Shown piece by piece: positions 50,572 to 59,118 of a DNA stretch of 64,000 bases (within the stretch, counting starts at the first letter, position 1; every line of letters begins with the position of its first letter). A program made the translations under genes and the position numbers. This stretch comes from Anaeromyxobacteraceae bacterium (GTDB lineage Bacteria > Myxococcota > Myxococcia > Myxococcales > Anaeromyxobacteraceae): assembly GCA_047602405.1 (NCBI GenBank), contig JASGHJ010000002.1:1120001-1184000 (forward strand). Reading direction: 5' to 3'. The notes beneath the pieces were generated by a model. The model worked only from the letters and a program-made list of their open reading frames with translations, ran no database searches and was not told the DNA's origin.

Positions 50572-50997
50572 TCATCGAGGTCGGTCGGGCAGGATCGCGG
50601 TCGCCTCGATCTCGACGAGGACGTCCGGTGACATCCCCATGCCCGCCACGCGCAGCACGGTGATGGTGGGCGGGTTCTCTCGCGGTCCCCAGCGGCGCAT
50701 CCAGGCCTCGAGGCCGGGGCGCAGGTCGAGGTCGCCCTTCACGTAGATGCCGAGGCGGACGAGGTCCTCGATGCGTCCCCCCGCGGCCTCGAGCACCCCG
50801 AGCACGTTGTCGACCGCCCTGGCCGTCTGCTCGGCGAGGTCGGTGCCGACCACCTTCCCGTGCTCGTCGACACCGTCCTGTCCCCCGATGAGGAGGGTGC
50901 GGGCGCCTGCCGGCAAGACGATCCCCTGCGAGAAGGCTGGACTCCTGAGCATCCCGTCCGGGTTGAGGTACCGGGGCTTCGCGTCGCGATCGGTCAT
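50572..50997 (-). CDS. RidA/YjgF family protein
   Basis: FSQG, GGQ, AGG...D.V....Y, PP.IT...V, LVEIEA.A. Confidence 0.9.
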   Translation of the reverse strand: MTDRDAKPRYLNPDGMLRSPAFSQGIVLPAGARTLLIGGQDGVDEHGKVVGTDLAEQTARAVDNVLGVLEAAGGRIEDLVRLGIYVKGDLDLRPGLEAWMRRWGPRENPPTITVLRVAGMGMSPDVLVEIEATAILPDRPR

Positions 50998-51045
50998 CCG
51001 GGAAGGATGCGTCGTGCGAGCGCCGGGCGCCCCTGCCGGTGGGGA

Positions 51046-51405
51046 CTATGCGCGCAGGACGCTCTCGAGCTTCTTCCCCTTCGCGAGCTCGTCCACGAGC
51101 TTGTCGAGCCAGCGGATCTTCTGCATCAGCGGGTCCTCGACGTCCTCCACCCGCACCCCGCACACCACGCCCGTGATGAGCTTCGCCTTCGGGTTCAGCC
51201 TCGGCGCCTTCGCGAAAAAGGTCTCGAGGTCGGCGCCCGACGCGACGACCCGCTGGAGCGCCTTGCCCTCGTAGCCGGTGAGCCAGGCGATGACCGCGTC
51301 GAGCTCGGCCTTCGTGCGGCCCTTCTTCTCGACCTTCGCGACGTAGAGCGGGTAGACGCTGCCGAAGGACATCGCGAAGACGCGGGGTCTCGTGGGCGTG
51401 GGCAT
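51046..51405 (-). CDS. DUF2200 family protein
   Basis: MSF.SVYPLY..KVEKKGRTK.E.D.VI.WLTGY...ITGVVCG.RVE..EDPLM.KIR.LDKLVDELAKGK. Confidence 0.9.
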   Translation of the reverse strand: MPTPTRPRVFAMSFGSVYPLYVAKVEKKGRTKAELDAVIAWLTGYEGKALQRVVASGADLETFFAKAPRLNPKAKLITGVVCGVRVEDVEDPLMQKIRWLDKLVDELAKGKKLESVLRA

Positions 51406-51504
51406 TCGAGGCGTGAGGATGACATGCCGGCGGCCGGGTTCGCACGCCGCTTTAGGGGATCGCCGGACTACCTCCCCCCGACCCCTGGACCGATACTCGC
51501 GGCC

Positions 51505-52359
51505 GTGCTGCTGACCCGGTTCCAGAGCCGCTTCCTCGACCCCGCGGTGGAGCGGCGGTTCCGGGAGGAGGCGCACGCGGAGGAGACCCGCCTCCTCGCC
51601 GCCGTCCAGGGGACCTGGTTCCTCGTGCTCGTGCTGTACGCACGGAACGACTTCCTGCTCTTCGAGGGGGCGCAGCTCCACGCGCTCCTCGCGGTCCGCG
51701 CCGTGATGCTCGCGGCGCTCGTCGCGCCGGTCGTCGTCGGGCGCCTGGACCGAGGGCCCGTCCGCCGGGACGCGAGCGCGTTCCTCTCCGTGGTGGTGGT
51801 CGTGCTGGGCGGGCTCTACGTGACCTCGACCCGCCCCGGCACGATCTCGCCCGCCTTCGCGACGAACGTGGTGGGGATCCTCTCGTCCTGGGTGCTCCTC
51901 CCGCTGCCCTGGCGCCTGCAGGCCCTCTCCGGGCTCGTCGTGACCGCCGGCGCGCTCGCCACGGTGCTCCTCCGCCCGCACGCCTGGACCGCCGTGGAGG
52001 TCTCGCGCCTCGTCATCGAGTTCATCCTCGCGAACGCGATGGGCGCGTGGACCTCGCTCCTCTTCCACCGCACCCGCCGCCAGCGCTGGGACGAGCTCCT
52101 GCAGCGCCGCGAGGCGGAGCTCGCCCTGCGCGAGGTGAACGGCGCGAACGAGAAGCTCGTCGGTGAGCTCCGCGGGGCCCTCGAGCAGGTGAAGACGCTC
52201 AAGGGCCTCCTGCCGATCTGCATGCACTGCCACAAGATCCGGAACGACACGGGCTACTGGAGCCGGCTCGAGCAGTACATCGAGGAGCGGACGGACGCGG
52301 CCTTCAGCCACGCGCTGTGCCCGGACTGCTACCGGCAGCACTACGACGCGGGGCGGTGA
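51505..52359 (+). CDS. Multi-TM protein with C-terminal Cys4 (Zn-ribbon-like) domain
   Basis: About 6 TM segments, a coiled coil, LKGLLPICMHCHKIRND.GYW..LE.YI......FSHALCPDC. Confidence 0.82.
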   Translation: MLLTRFQSRFLDPAVERRFREEAHAEETRLLAAVQGTWFLVLVLYARNDFLLFEGAQLHALLAVRAVMLAALVAPVVVGRLDRGPVRRDASAFLSVVVVVLGGLYVTSTRPGTISPAFATNVVGILSSWVLLPLPWRLQALSGLVVTAGALATVLLRPHAWTAVEVSRLVIEFILANAMGAWTSLLFHRTRRQRWDELLQRREAELALREVNGANEKLVGELRGALEQVKTLKGLLPICMHCHKIRNDTGYWSRLEQYIEERTDAAFSHALCPDCYRQHYDAGR

Positions 52360-52383
52360 GCCGGCGGCGGAGCGGGCCCTTCG

Positions 52384-52890
52384 TCAGGCCACCCCGTCCG
52401 CCCGCAGGGCGGCGAGGAGCGCGTCGAGCTGCGCGTGGACCTCCTTCGCAGCCTCGTGGGCCCCGTCGGCCTCGAGCGCCTCCTTCGAAGGATAGAGCTC
52501 GCTCACGACCACCGTCGTCATCCCGTCCTTCTCCTCGAAGGTGACCGTGGTGGTCGACGCGTCCGCGCCCGACTCCTCGTTGGTCCAGACGAGGCGCCGG
52601 TTCGGGACCACCTCGACGTACCGGCCGAAGAAGTCCATCGGCGGGTGCGGCTCCATCTTGAACGTGAGCTTGTAGGTGCCCCCCGTGCGGACGTCCATCT
52701 CGCAGGACACGAGCGACATGGGGATCGACCTCGGCACCCACCAGCGCTTCATCAGCTCGGGCTTCGTCCATGCGTCGAACACGAGGCGCGCGGGTGCGTC
52801 GAACGTGCGCGTCACGACGCGCTCGCGTTCGGACTTCCGCTCCACCGTGGTCTGGTGCTTCGGCGATTCACTTGCCCTTGTCGCGCCCAT
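52384..52890 (-). CDS. SRPBCC / AHSA1-like domain protein
   Basis: TRTFDAPARLVFDAWTKPEL..RWW, DVRTGG.Y, RRLVWT. Confidence 0.92.
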   Translation of the reverse strand: MGATRASESPKHQTTVERKSERERVVTRTFDAPARLVFDAWTKPELMKRWWVPRSIPMSLVSCEMDVRTGGTYKLTFKMEPHPPMDFFGRYVEVVPNRRLVWTNEESGADASTTTVTFEEKDGMTTVVVSELYPSKEALEADGAHEAAKEVHAQLDALLAALRADGVA

Positions 52891-53230
52891 GGCTCTTTTC
52901 CTTTCGCTTGAGTTCCTCGACGACGTCTTCCAGCCGATCGAAACGTGCGGCCCACAGGCGGCGGTAGTTCTCGAGCCACCTTGCTTCCTCTTCGAAGGTG
53001 CGTGCGCCGAGCCGGCAGGTGCGCACGCGCCCGACCTTCTCCGTCGTGACGAGCCCGACCTCCTCCAGGATGCTCACGTGCTTCTTCATGCCCGTGAGCG
53101 TCATGCGGAACTTCTCGGCGAAATCCGTGATCGACGCGTCGGCCCGCGTGAGCTCCTCGAGGACGCCGCGCCGGGTCGCGTCCGAGAGCGCGCCGAACGA
53201 CGCGTCGAGGGTGGAGTGATACTGAACCAT
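52868..53230 (-). CDS. ArsR/SmtB family regulator
   Basis: F.ALSDATRR..L, MTLTGMKKHV..LE..GLV...K.GRVR.C.L. Confidence 0.92.
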   Translation of the reverse strand: MVQYHSTLDASFGALSDATRRGVLEELTRADASITDFAEKFRMTLTGMKKHVSILEEVGLVTTEKVGRVRTCRLGARTFEEEARWLENYRRLWAARFDRLEDVVEELKRKEKSHGRDKGK

Positions 53231-53238
53231 GTGGTTCA
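53223..53238. promoter_or_regulatory. Palindrome TGAACCA-TG-TGGTTCA overlapping the ArsR start codon (probable autoregulatory operator)
   Basis: Perfect 7-bp arms across ATG 53230. Confidence 0.7.
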
Positions 53239-53522
53239 CTATAGAGCGAGCGCCGGGGTGATGCAAGGGGAGGGGCCTCCCGGTTGGAGGGGGGAGACGG
53301 CGGCAGGGCGGGCGATCGTGCTCCTGCGCGCGGACCCGCTCGTGAAGCGGGCGCGGTGGCCGGGCCAGGTGATCCAGAGGAAGAGGTACCAGCTGCCACC
53401 GGCGGGTCTGTATCAGTCGCCGCGCTCACGGGCTGCACAACCCCGTAAACTCCACACCCGTGGTGTCCACGAGACCGGAGCAAGCCCAGGGTTCCACCCC
53501 GCCTTCCCGTACGGAGTGACGG

Positions 53523-53942
53523 ATGACCACCATGGAGCCCTCATCCCGGTTCGCCTCGATCGTCGGCGGGTTGCTCCTCGGAGGCTTCGGCGGGCTCTTC
53601 ACCCTGTTCGGGCTCGCCTTGCTGTTCGCCGGGTGGTCCGACAAGTTCCAGCCGGTCGTCGCGATCGTGCTCGGACTCGGGCCCGGACTCGTCATGCTGG
53701 AGACGGGCGTTCGAGTCCTCCTCGGCCGCCCACGCGCTGATGGCGCCTACGTGCATCCGGCCGTCCGCGTGACGATCGGGCTCCTGTTCCTCTTGATCGC
53801 GATCTTCGGAGCCGTGGATGGATTCACGCGGGGAGCGCTGACGTTCAGGACCGCGTTGCGGATCGTCGGCTACGTCGCGACGGGCGTGATGATCGTTCGC
53901 GGCCGCCTCTTCGGGCGTGAACCGTCCGCTCGCAACTCGTAG
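53523..53942 (+). CDS. Hypothetical 4-TM membrane protein
   Basis: Four hydrophobic segments; more A/T-ending codons than the flanking genes. Confidence 0.6.
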   Translation: MTTMEPSSRFASIVGGLLLGGFGGLFTLFGLALLFAGWSDKFQPVVAIVLGLGPGLVMLETGVRVLLGRPRADGAYVHPAVRVTIGLLFLLIAIFGAVDGFTRGALTFRTALRIVGYVATGVMIVRGRLFGREPSARNS

Positions 53943-54051
53943 AAGTGCGGGCTCTCCGGGAGGGAGGAGCACGCCGACGGAGGGCTTCTGGCCCCGTCCC
54001 TCTACTCGGGCCGGCGAATGGCTGGGGAACGGGGAGGGGCGGACCGAGGGC

Positions 54052-54090
54052 AAAAAGAGAGGGGTTCCGCTAGGTCACGGAACCCCTCTC
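54052..54090 (-). terminator. Rho-independent terminator downstream of tRNA-Asn
   Basis: Minus strand GAGAGGGGTTCCG-N8-CGGAACCCCTCTC-TTTTT (13-bp stem plus U-tract). Confidence 0.9.
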
Positions 54091-54096
54091 AGGAAC

Positions 54097-54172
54097 TGGC
54101 TCCCCAGGCATGACTCGAACATGCGACCCGGTGATTAACAGTCACCTGCTCTGCCAACTGAGCTACTGGGGA
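54097..54172 (-). tRNA. tRNA-Asn (GTT)
   Basis: Minus strand TCCCCAGTAGCTCAGTTGGCAGAGCAGGTGACTGTTAATCACCGGGTCGCATGTTCGAGTCATGCCTGGGGAGCCA: cloverleaf, anticodon GTT, CCA end. Confidence 0.97.
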
Positions 54173-54186
54173 ATGGCAGGGCGGCG

Positions 54187-54215
54187 AATCTAGAGGAGGG
54201 TCCCTGTACCGTCAA
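54187..54215 (-). promoter_or_regulatory. Sigma70 promoter of tRNA-Asn: TTGACG-N17-TAGATT
   Basis: Near-consensus -35/-10 with a 17-nt spacer, just upstream of the tRNA. Confidence 0.8.
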
Positions 54216-54271
54216 GGGGGTTCCCGCGAAGGCGGGCGGTGCGGCGGTGCCGCCGTATACTCCGGGTACCG

Positions 54272-55096
54272 ATGGCAGAAGACTCCAACGCCCGCGCCCG
54301 TTTCGCGGCGCTCCTCGACCGCGACCCCGTCCCGCTGGACGAGGCGGCGCTCGCCATCGCGGCGGAGGACGACCCGGCGCTCGAGCCGGAGGTCTACCTC
54401 ACCCGGCTCGACAGCCTCGCCGAGCGCGTGCGCGAGCGCGCACCCTCCGGCGCGGCCTCGACCCTGCGCGTCCTCCGGGAGGTGCTGCACGCGGAGGAGG
54501 GCTTCCGCGGGAACGACGTCGACTACTACGACCCCCGGAACTCCTTCCTGAACCAGGTGCTCGACCGCCGCCTCGGCATCCCCATCTCGCTCTCGGTCGT
54601 CTGGATCGAGGTCGCCCGGCGGGCGGGGCTGCGCCTGCAGGGGGTCGGTTTCCCCGGTCACTTCCTCGTGAAGTACGCGTCGAAGGGCGGCCCGGAGGTC
54701 TTCGTCGATGCCTACCACGGCGGCGAGATGCTCTCGGCCGACGAGTGCGCGGCCCGGCACCACGCCCGCTCGGGCCAGGATCTCGACCGGCGGCACCTCG
54801 AGGGCGTCACGCCCCGGCAGATCCTCTCCCGGATGCTGCACAACCTCAGGCGCATCTACACCGAGCGGAAGGAGCCCGTGGGCGTCTGGTGGGTGGCCGA
54901 CCGGCTCCTCATGCTCGCGCCGGGGCAGCTCGAGGCGCTCCGGGACCGCGGGCTCGCCGCGGCGAAGCTCGGCGGCGTCGAGGCGGCCACCGCCGACCTC
55001 GAGGAGTACCTCGGGAAGGCGCCGCGGTCGCCGGAGGCCGCCGAGGTGCGGGCGATGCTGCTGCGCCTGCGGTCGAACCGGCCGCTCGCGAACTGA
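54272..55096 (+). CDS. SirB1/YchA-like protein (transglutaminase-like core plus TPR)
   Basis: F.GN..DYYDPRNSFLN.VL.RR.GIPISL, GV.FPGHFL, IL.RML.NL, RDRGL. Confidence 0.92.
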   Translation: MAEDSNARARFAALLDRDPVPLDEAALAIAAEDDPALEPEVYLTRLDSLAERVRERAPSGAASTLRVLREVLHAEEGFRGNDVDYYDPRNSFLNQVLDRRLGIPISLSVVWIEVARRAGLRLQGVGFPGHFLVKYASKGGPEVFVDAYHGGEMLSADECAARHHARSGQDLDRRHLEGVTPRQILSRMLHNLRRIYTERKEPVGVWWVADRLLMLAPGQLEALRDRGLAAAKLGGVEAATADLEEYLGKAPRSPEAAEVRAMLLRLRSNRPLAN

Positions 55097-55098
55097 GC

Positions 55099-55262
55099 TT
55101 CACGGGGTGCTCGGCGCACCCCGCCCCACGGAGCGGAGCTCCGCGGGGCCCCACCCCGGCAGCGGGTTCACGGGGTGCTCGGCGCACCCCGCCCCACGGA
55201 GCGGAGCTCCGCGGGGCCCCACCCCGGCAGCGGGTTCACGGGGTGTTCGGCGCCCCCGCCCC
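55099..55262. repeat. 68-bp tandem repeat (2 exact copies plus a partial one), REP/BIME-like
   Basis: Units start at 55099, 55167 and 55235. Each full unit has hairpins GGGGTGC-tcggc-GCACCCC and CCCCaCGGAGC...GCTCCGcGGGG. Located between convergent genes. Confidence 0.9.
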
Positions 55263-55270
55263 CAGCGTCC

Positions 55271-55552
55271 TCATCCGCCGCGCGCGAGCCGGTCGCGGAG
55301 CGCCCGGGCCCGACGGCGCCAGCCCTCGTCGAGCTCCCGCCAGTCGATGCCCTCGACGGCGGCGATCACCCCGTAGAAGGCGTTCACGTTCAGCCGGAGC
55401 GGGTAGGCCTCCGCCCAGCGGATGCACGCCTCCTCCCAGCCGAGCTCCCGCAGGTCCTCGACCGTCTCGAGCCCGATCGAGGCGAGCTCGGGCGCACAGG
55501 TCGGGCCAAGGAGCGGGCGGGCCTTCCCGGGCGGGCGGGCAGGAGGGGGCAT
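55271..55552 (-). CDS. TfoX/Sxy C-terminal domain protein
   Basis: LGP.....L..IG..TVEDLRELG..EA...N..Y...AA.EG..W..L. Confidence 0.75.
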   Translation of the reverse strand: MPPPARPPGKARPLLGPTCAPELASIGLETVEDLRELGWEEACIRWAEAYPLRLNVNAFYGVIAAVEGIDWRELDEGWRRRARALRDRLARGG

Positions 55553-55603
55553 GGGGCAGTCGTAGTGCGCGGTGAGCGCTGGCGCCACGGGGTGAGCTGC
55601 CCA

Positions 55604-55677
55604 GCGCAGACGTCTGCGCGGCGGGGCGTTCTACGGTCGGGGGCTGCCGTCAGGGCCTCCGGCGCAGACGTCTGCGC
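55604..55677. promoter_or_regulatory. Two copies of the perfect 16-bp palindrome GCGCAGACGTCTGCGC (55604-55619 and 55662-55677)
   Basis: Seen directly in the sequence; a third near-copy GCGCAGATGTCTGCGC lies at 57301-57316 inside the HNH gene. Confidence 0.8.
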
Positions 55678-55893
55678 ACGTCGCCACGGGGTTCGACGAG
55701 CTTTGAGCACCGCGGAGCCCCGGCCACCATTTCGAGGCCGGCCGTCGGGCCCTGGGGTCGGCTCTCGGGCCCCGGAGGTCCGCCGTTCGTCCGGTAGGTC
55801 CGCGGATCGGACGGGGCCGACCATCGGATCAGCCCTGAGCCCCAGCTGGATCGTGCGATCTCACTGTCAGACCGGGGTGGCAGGATCGCGGGC

Positions 55894-57870
55894 ATGGACG
55901 CGTGCACGGCCAGCGAGCTCGTCGCGGCGGCGCTCCCGGAATTCACTCCGGGTGCCGAGCCGACGGATGCGGCCGCGAGCGGCAGGGCCGCGGACGAGGT
56001 CCCCAGGAGCGAGGCCGCCGGGAACGAACCCGCCGCGAACGACGCCGCCGCGAACGAGGCCGCCCGCGGGGATCCGCTCCGCGAGCGCTGGGACCTGCAC
56101 GCGCCGCGCTGGGAGTACCCGTCTTTCACGATGCTCGAGCTTCGAGAGCTGGTCCTCCGCGGCGAGGGCGGCCCGGAGAAGTTCGAGCGCGCGCTCGCGC
56201 AGGCCGCCTGCATGCGCAGCGCGCTCGAGCTCAGCCTCGGCGCGATCTTCGCCACATTCACGGAGGGTGACCGCCTCGCCCGGCAGGGGTTCTCCAACCT
56301 CGGTGACCTCACCGAGAACCTCTTCGGCGTCCGCCGGCGTGCGGCGCAGGTGGCGGCGCAGCTCGCGAAGGCGCTTCGGGAGCGGCCTCTGCTGAGGGCC
56401 GCGGCGTACGAGGGGCTCGTGACCCCGTCGGCGGCGCTCGCGGTCCTGCCGGTCGCGGTCGGCGACGACGAGGAGCGCTGGGTGGAGGAGGCGAAGGTCC
56501 AGCCGGTCCGGAAGCTGAAGCAGCTCGTGAAGGAGGCCCTGAAGGAGCGGAAGGCGCTGCCGGGGCCGGATGCGGCCGCAGAGCAGGCGGAGGCGGACGA
56601 GGAGCCGTGGGTCCGGCTGCGCGTGCCGATCTCCGACGAGGACCACGCGGATCTCCGCAGCGCCATGGCCCTCGCCGGCGAGCTCGTCGAGAGCTCGCAC
56701 CGGCACGTGCAGCTCGAGGCGCTCGCGCAGGAGTACCTGTCGGAGCACCCGGGAGACGAGTCGGTCGCCGCCGAGGCGGAGCGGGCGGTGGAGCGGCGGC
56801 TCCACCCGCTCGACGTCCAGACGAAGCGCGACGCCGCGGAGGCGAAGCTCGAGGACGAGACCTCCCACTGGGAGGTCCTCGACCCGGTCCACGCCGTCGC
56901 GGCCCTCGACGTGGATCCGAACGCCCTCGCCACGGACGACGAGCTCATGGCGACGGGCCTCGGCATCGCCTCCGAGCTCAAGGCCTGGGACGACTTCATG
57001 GGCTGGTGCTCGGCCGTCGTGAAGGGCACGCACACCCACCGCGAGGCGGGGTTCGTGGACTTCCGGCACTACGCGACCGAGCGCCTCGGCGTCCCGGCCC
57101 GCACCATCGAGACCCGCGCCGCGCTCGAGAAGCACCTCTGGGAGAAGCCGGAGCTCCGGGTGGCGAAGGAGATGGGGCTCACCTACTCGAAGCTCCTCCT
57201 CCTGAAGGAGGTCCCTCAGGTCGACCTCCTCAAGATGGCCCAGCGGGCGGAGAAGCTCACGGTCATCGAGCTCCGGGAGGCGATCCAGGCGAAGGCCGAC
57301 GCGCAGATGTCTGCGCTGAAGTTCTTCGAGGCCCGGGTGCCGCGGAGCGTCGCGGTGCTGCTCGAGCAGGCGTTCCAGGTGTCGCTGATGAGGCGGGTGC
57401 CGGAGGAGCGCCCCACAGAGGAATCAGCCCCCTGCGTGGATGGGTGCGAGCACGACGGAAAGCACGGGAAGGACAAGGGAACGCCGAAGCCGCCCGCCGA
57501 GCCGCCCGCCGAGCCGCGCCTCGACGGACCCTTCCTCGGCGAGCTCGCCCGCCACTTCATCCAGGCCTGGTGCAACGAGCGCACGAAGCCGAAGACCGTC
57601 TCCCAGAAGCAGCGGGCGAAGTACCGGCGCTGCCAGTTCCCGGGCTGCAGCCGCCGGAGCTGCCAGGGCCACCACATCGAGTTTCGCAGCCGCGGCGGCT
57701 CCGAGGACGACTGGAACCGGATGCCGCTCTGCGCCTACCACCACCTCGTCGTGGTCCACGAGGGCTTCGCCACCATCACGGGCATCTTCCCAGACGCCGT
57801 CGAGTTCCGCGTGAACGGCGTCGTCTGGAAGGACGGCCAGTTCGGGAGGAGGCGCAGCGAGCGGGTCTGA
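55894..57870 (+). CDS. DUF222-like repeat protein with C-terminal HNH endonuclease
   Basis: Two GF.....Y/L.E..LG helical modules, then CQFPGC...HHIEFRSRGG...N...LCAYHH...H. Confidence 0.85.
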   Translation: MDACTASELVAAALPEFTPGAEPTDAAASGRAADEVPRSEAAGNEPAANDAAANEAARGDPLRERWDLHAPRWEYPSFTMLELRELVLRGEGGPEKFERALAQAACMRSALELSLGAIFATFTEGDRLARQGFSNLGDLTENLFGVRRRAAQVAAQLAKALRERPLLRAAAYEGLVTPSAALAVLPVAVGDDEERWVEEAKVQPVRKLKQLVKEALKERKALPGPDAAAEQAEADEEPWVRLRVPISDEDHADLRSAMALAGELVESSHRHVQLEALAQEYLSEHPGDESVAAEAERAVERRLHPLDVQTKRDAAEAKLEDETSHWEVLDPVHAVAALDVDPNALATDDELMATGLGIASELKAWDDFMGWCSAVVKGTHTHREAGFVDFRHYATERLGVPARTIETRAALEKHLWEKPELRVAKEMGLTYSKLLLLKEVPQVDLLKMAQRAEKLTVIELREAIQAKADAQMSALKFFEARVPRSVAVLLEQAFQVSLMRRVPEERPTEESAPCVDGCEHDGKHGKDKGTPKPPAEPPAEPRLDGPFLGELARHFIQAWCNERTKPKTVSQKQRAKYRRCQFPGCSRRSCQGHHIEFRSRGGSEDDWNRMPLCAYHHLVVVHEGFATITGIFPDAVEFRVNGVVWKDGQFGRRRSERV

Positions 57871-57949
57871 ACGTGGAGGCGATGGGGGGGCGAGCGAGGC
57901 CCGGCGGGCCCGTCGAGCCCGCACGGCGGGCGTCGGGCGTCGCGCGCGC

Positions 57950-58309
57950 CTACCCCTTCAAATCCTTCTCCCGCGCCGCCACCGCGGCCTGAGGCTCCTC
58001 GAGCTTCCTCATCCGGAGCCGCTCGACGGGCACGCCGTTCAGGAGGTGGCTCTCGACGATCTCCGGGACGTCCTCGAGCTTCACGCCGCCGTACCAGACG
58101 CCCTCGGGGTAGACGACGATCGAGGGGCCGAACGAGCACGCGTCGAGGCAGCCCGAGTTGTTGGCGCGCACGGCCTTCCGGAGGCCGCGCTTCGCGACCT
58201 CGGCCTTGAGCGCCTTCTGGATGTCCTGGCCGGCCTGGCCGCAGCAGCCCTTCGGGTCGTCGGGCGCGCGGACGTTGCCGCAGACGAAGACGTGGTGCTT
58301 GAAGCGCAT
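57950..58309 (-). CDS. Thioredoxin-like [2Fe-2S] ferredoxin
   Basis: HVFVC.N.R......CC...GCLDACSFGP..VVYPEGVWY. Confidence 0.93.
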   Translation of the reverse strand: MRFKHHVFVCGNVRAPDDPKGCCGQAGQDIQKALKAEVAKRGLRKAVRANNSGCLDACSFGPSIVVYPEGVWYGGVKLEDVPEIVESHLLNGVPVERLRMRKLEEPQAAVAAREKDLKG

Positions 58310-58319
58310 GGGGTCGGTC

Positions 58320-59118
58320 CTAGTGCCCGGGGTTCGGCTTCGCCACGATCTGTCCCCGCGGCACGACGAGCAGCGCGCCGCCGGAGACGCCGAGGTCCTC
58401 TCCCACGAGGTGCCCGGAGGCCTCGCTGGCGAGGTACAGCACCGCGTGCACCACGTCGTCCACCTCGGCGACGCGCTGGTTCGGGAGCGCGCCGGCGATG
58501 TCGGCGCCGATCTCCTTCAGCTCCGCCTCGGCCATCGGTGTGCGCACCCATCCCGGCGAGACCATGTTCACGCGCGTCCTCGGCGCGAGCTCCACGGCGA
58601 GGCTCATCGCGAGCGACTGCAGCGCGCCCTTCGTCGCCGCGTAGTGCCCGTGGGCGGCCTCGCCGCGCTGGCCGGCGGTCGAGCCGATGAAGATCACGCT
58701 GCCGCGCCGCTGCTGGCCCAGGAACGGGAAGAGCTCCCGCACCAGGTAGAACGCGCTGAACGTGTTGACCCTGAAGATCTCCTCGAGCTGCGCGGCCTGG
58801 ATCCTGTCCGCCGCGCCGGGGTTCCGAGATCGCCGCCGAGTGGACGAGGCCGTCGACGCCGCCCATCCGGCGCGCGGCCTCGCGGACGAGCGCCACGCAG
58901 CCCGACTCCTCGCCGAGCTCCGCGCCGATGGCGAACGCGCGCCCGGGGTACCGCCCGGCGAGCGCCTCGGCGGCGGCCCGGTTGGAGCGGTAGTGCACCG
59001 CCACCTGGCCGCCCTGCTCGAGGAGCGCCTCCGCCGTCGCGAGCCCGATGCCCGACGACGCGCCGGTCACGATCGTGCGCCGCCCCTCCAGATCCTCGTA
59101 CCGCGCGAGCACCTTCAC
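58320..59118 (-). CDS. SDR family oxidoreductase; frameshift near 58826 as sequenced
   Basis: VTGASSGIG in one frame and STAGQRGE..H.HYAATK, VSPGWV.T in another. Removing one base restores HSAAIWNPGAADRI. Confidence 0.87.

Noticed and set aside
52219..52233. CMHCH as a heme-binding motif
   Set aside because: It is the first CxxC of a cytoplasmic Cys4 tail; the paralogous tail at 35507-36283 has CAYCG.
53240..54100. Prophage or integrative element at tRNA-Asn
   Set aside because: No integrase, phage genes or recognisable att duplication.
55099..55262. Possible CRISPR array
   Set aside because: The units are contiguous and identical, with no unique spacers and no cas genes.
56011..56064. 15-bp imperfect repeats (EAAGN/EPAAN/DAAAN) in the HNH gene N-terminus, and PPAE x2 near 57490
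   Set aside because: Most simply low-complexity linker expansions; no independent function is evident.
55894..57870. Possible IscB/Cas9-like RNA-guided nuclease
   Set aside because: No PLMP motif, split RuvC or bridge helix is visible; the architecture is DUF222-like plus terminal HNH.
17933..59118. Four frameshifted genes as true pseudogenes or programmed frameshifts
   Set aside because: No slippery sites or other decay; all are +1 insertions at or beside GATC, so sequencing artefact is more likely.
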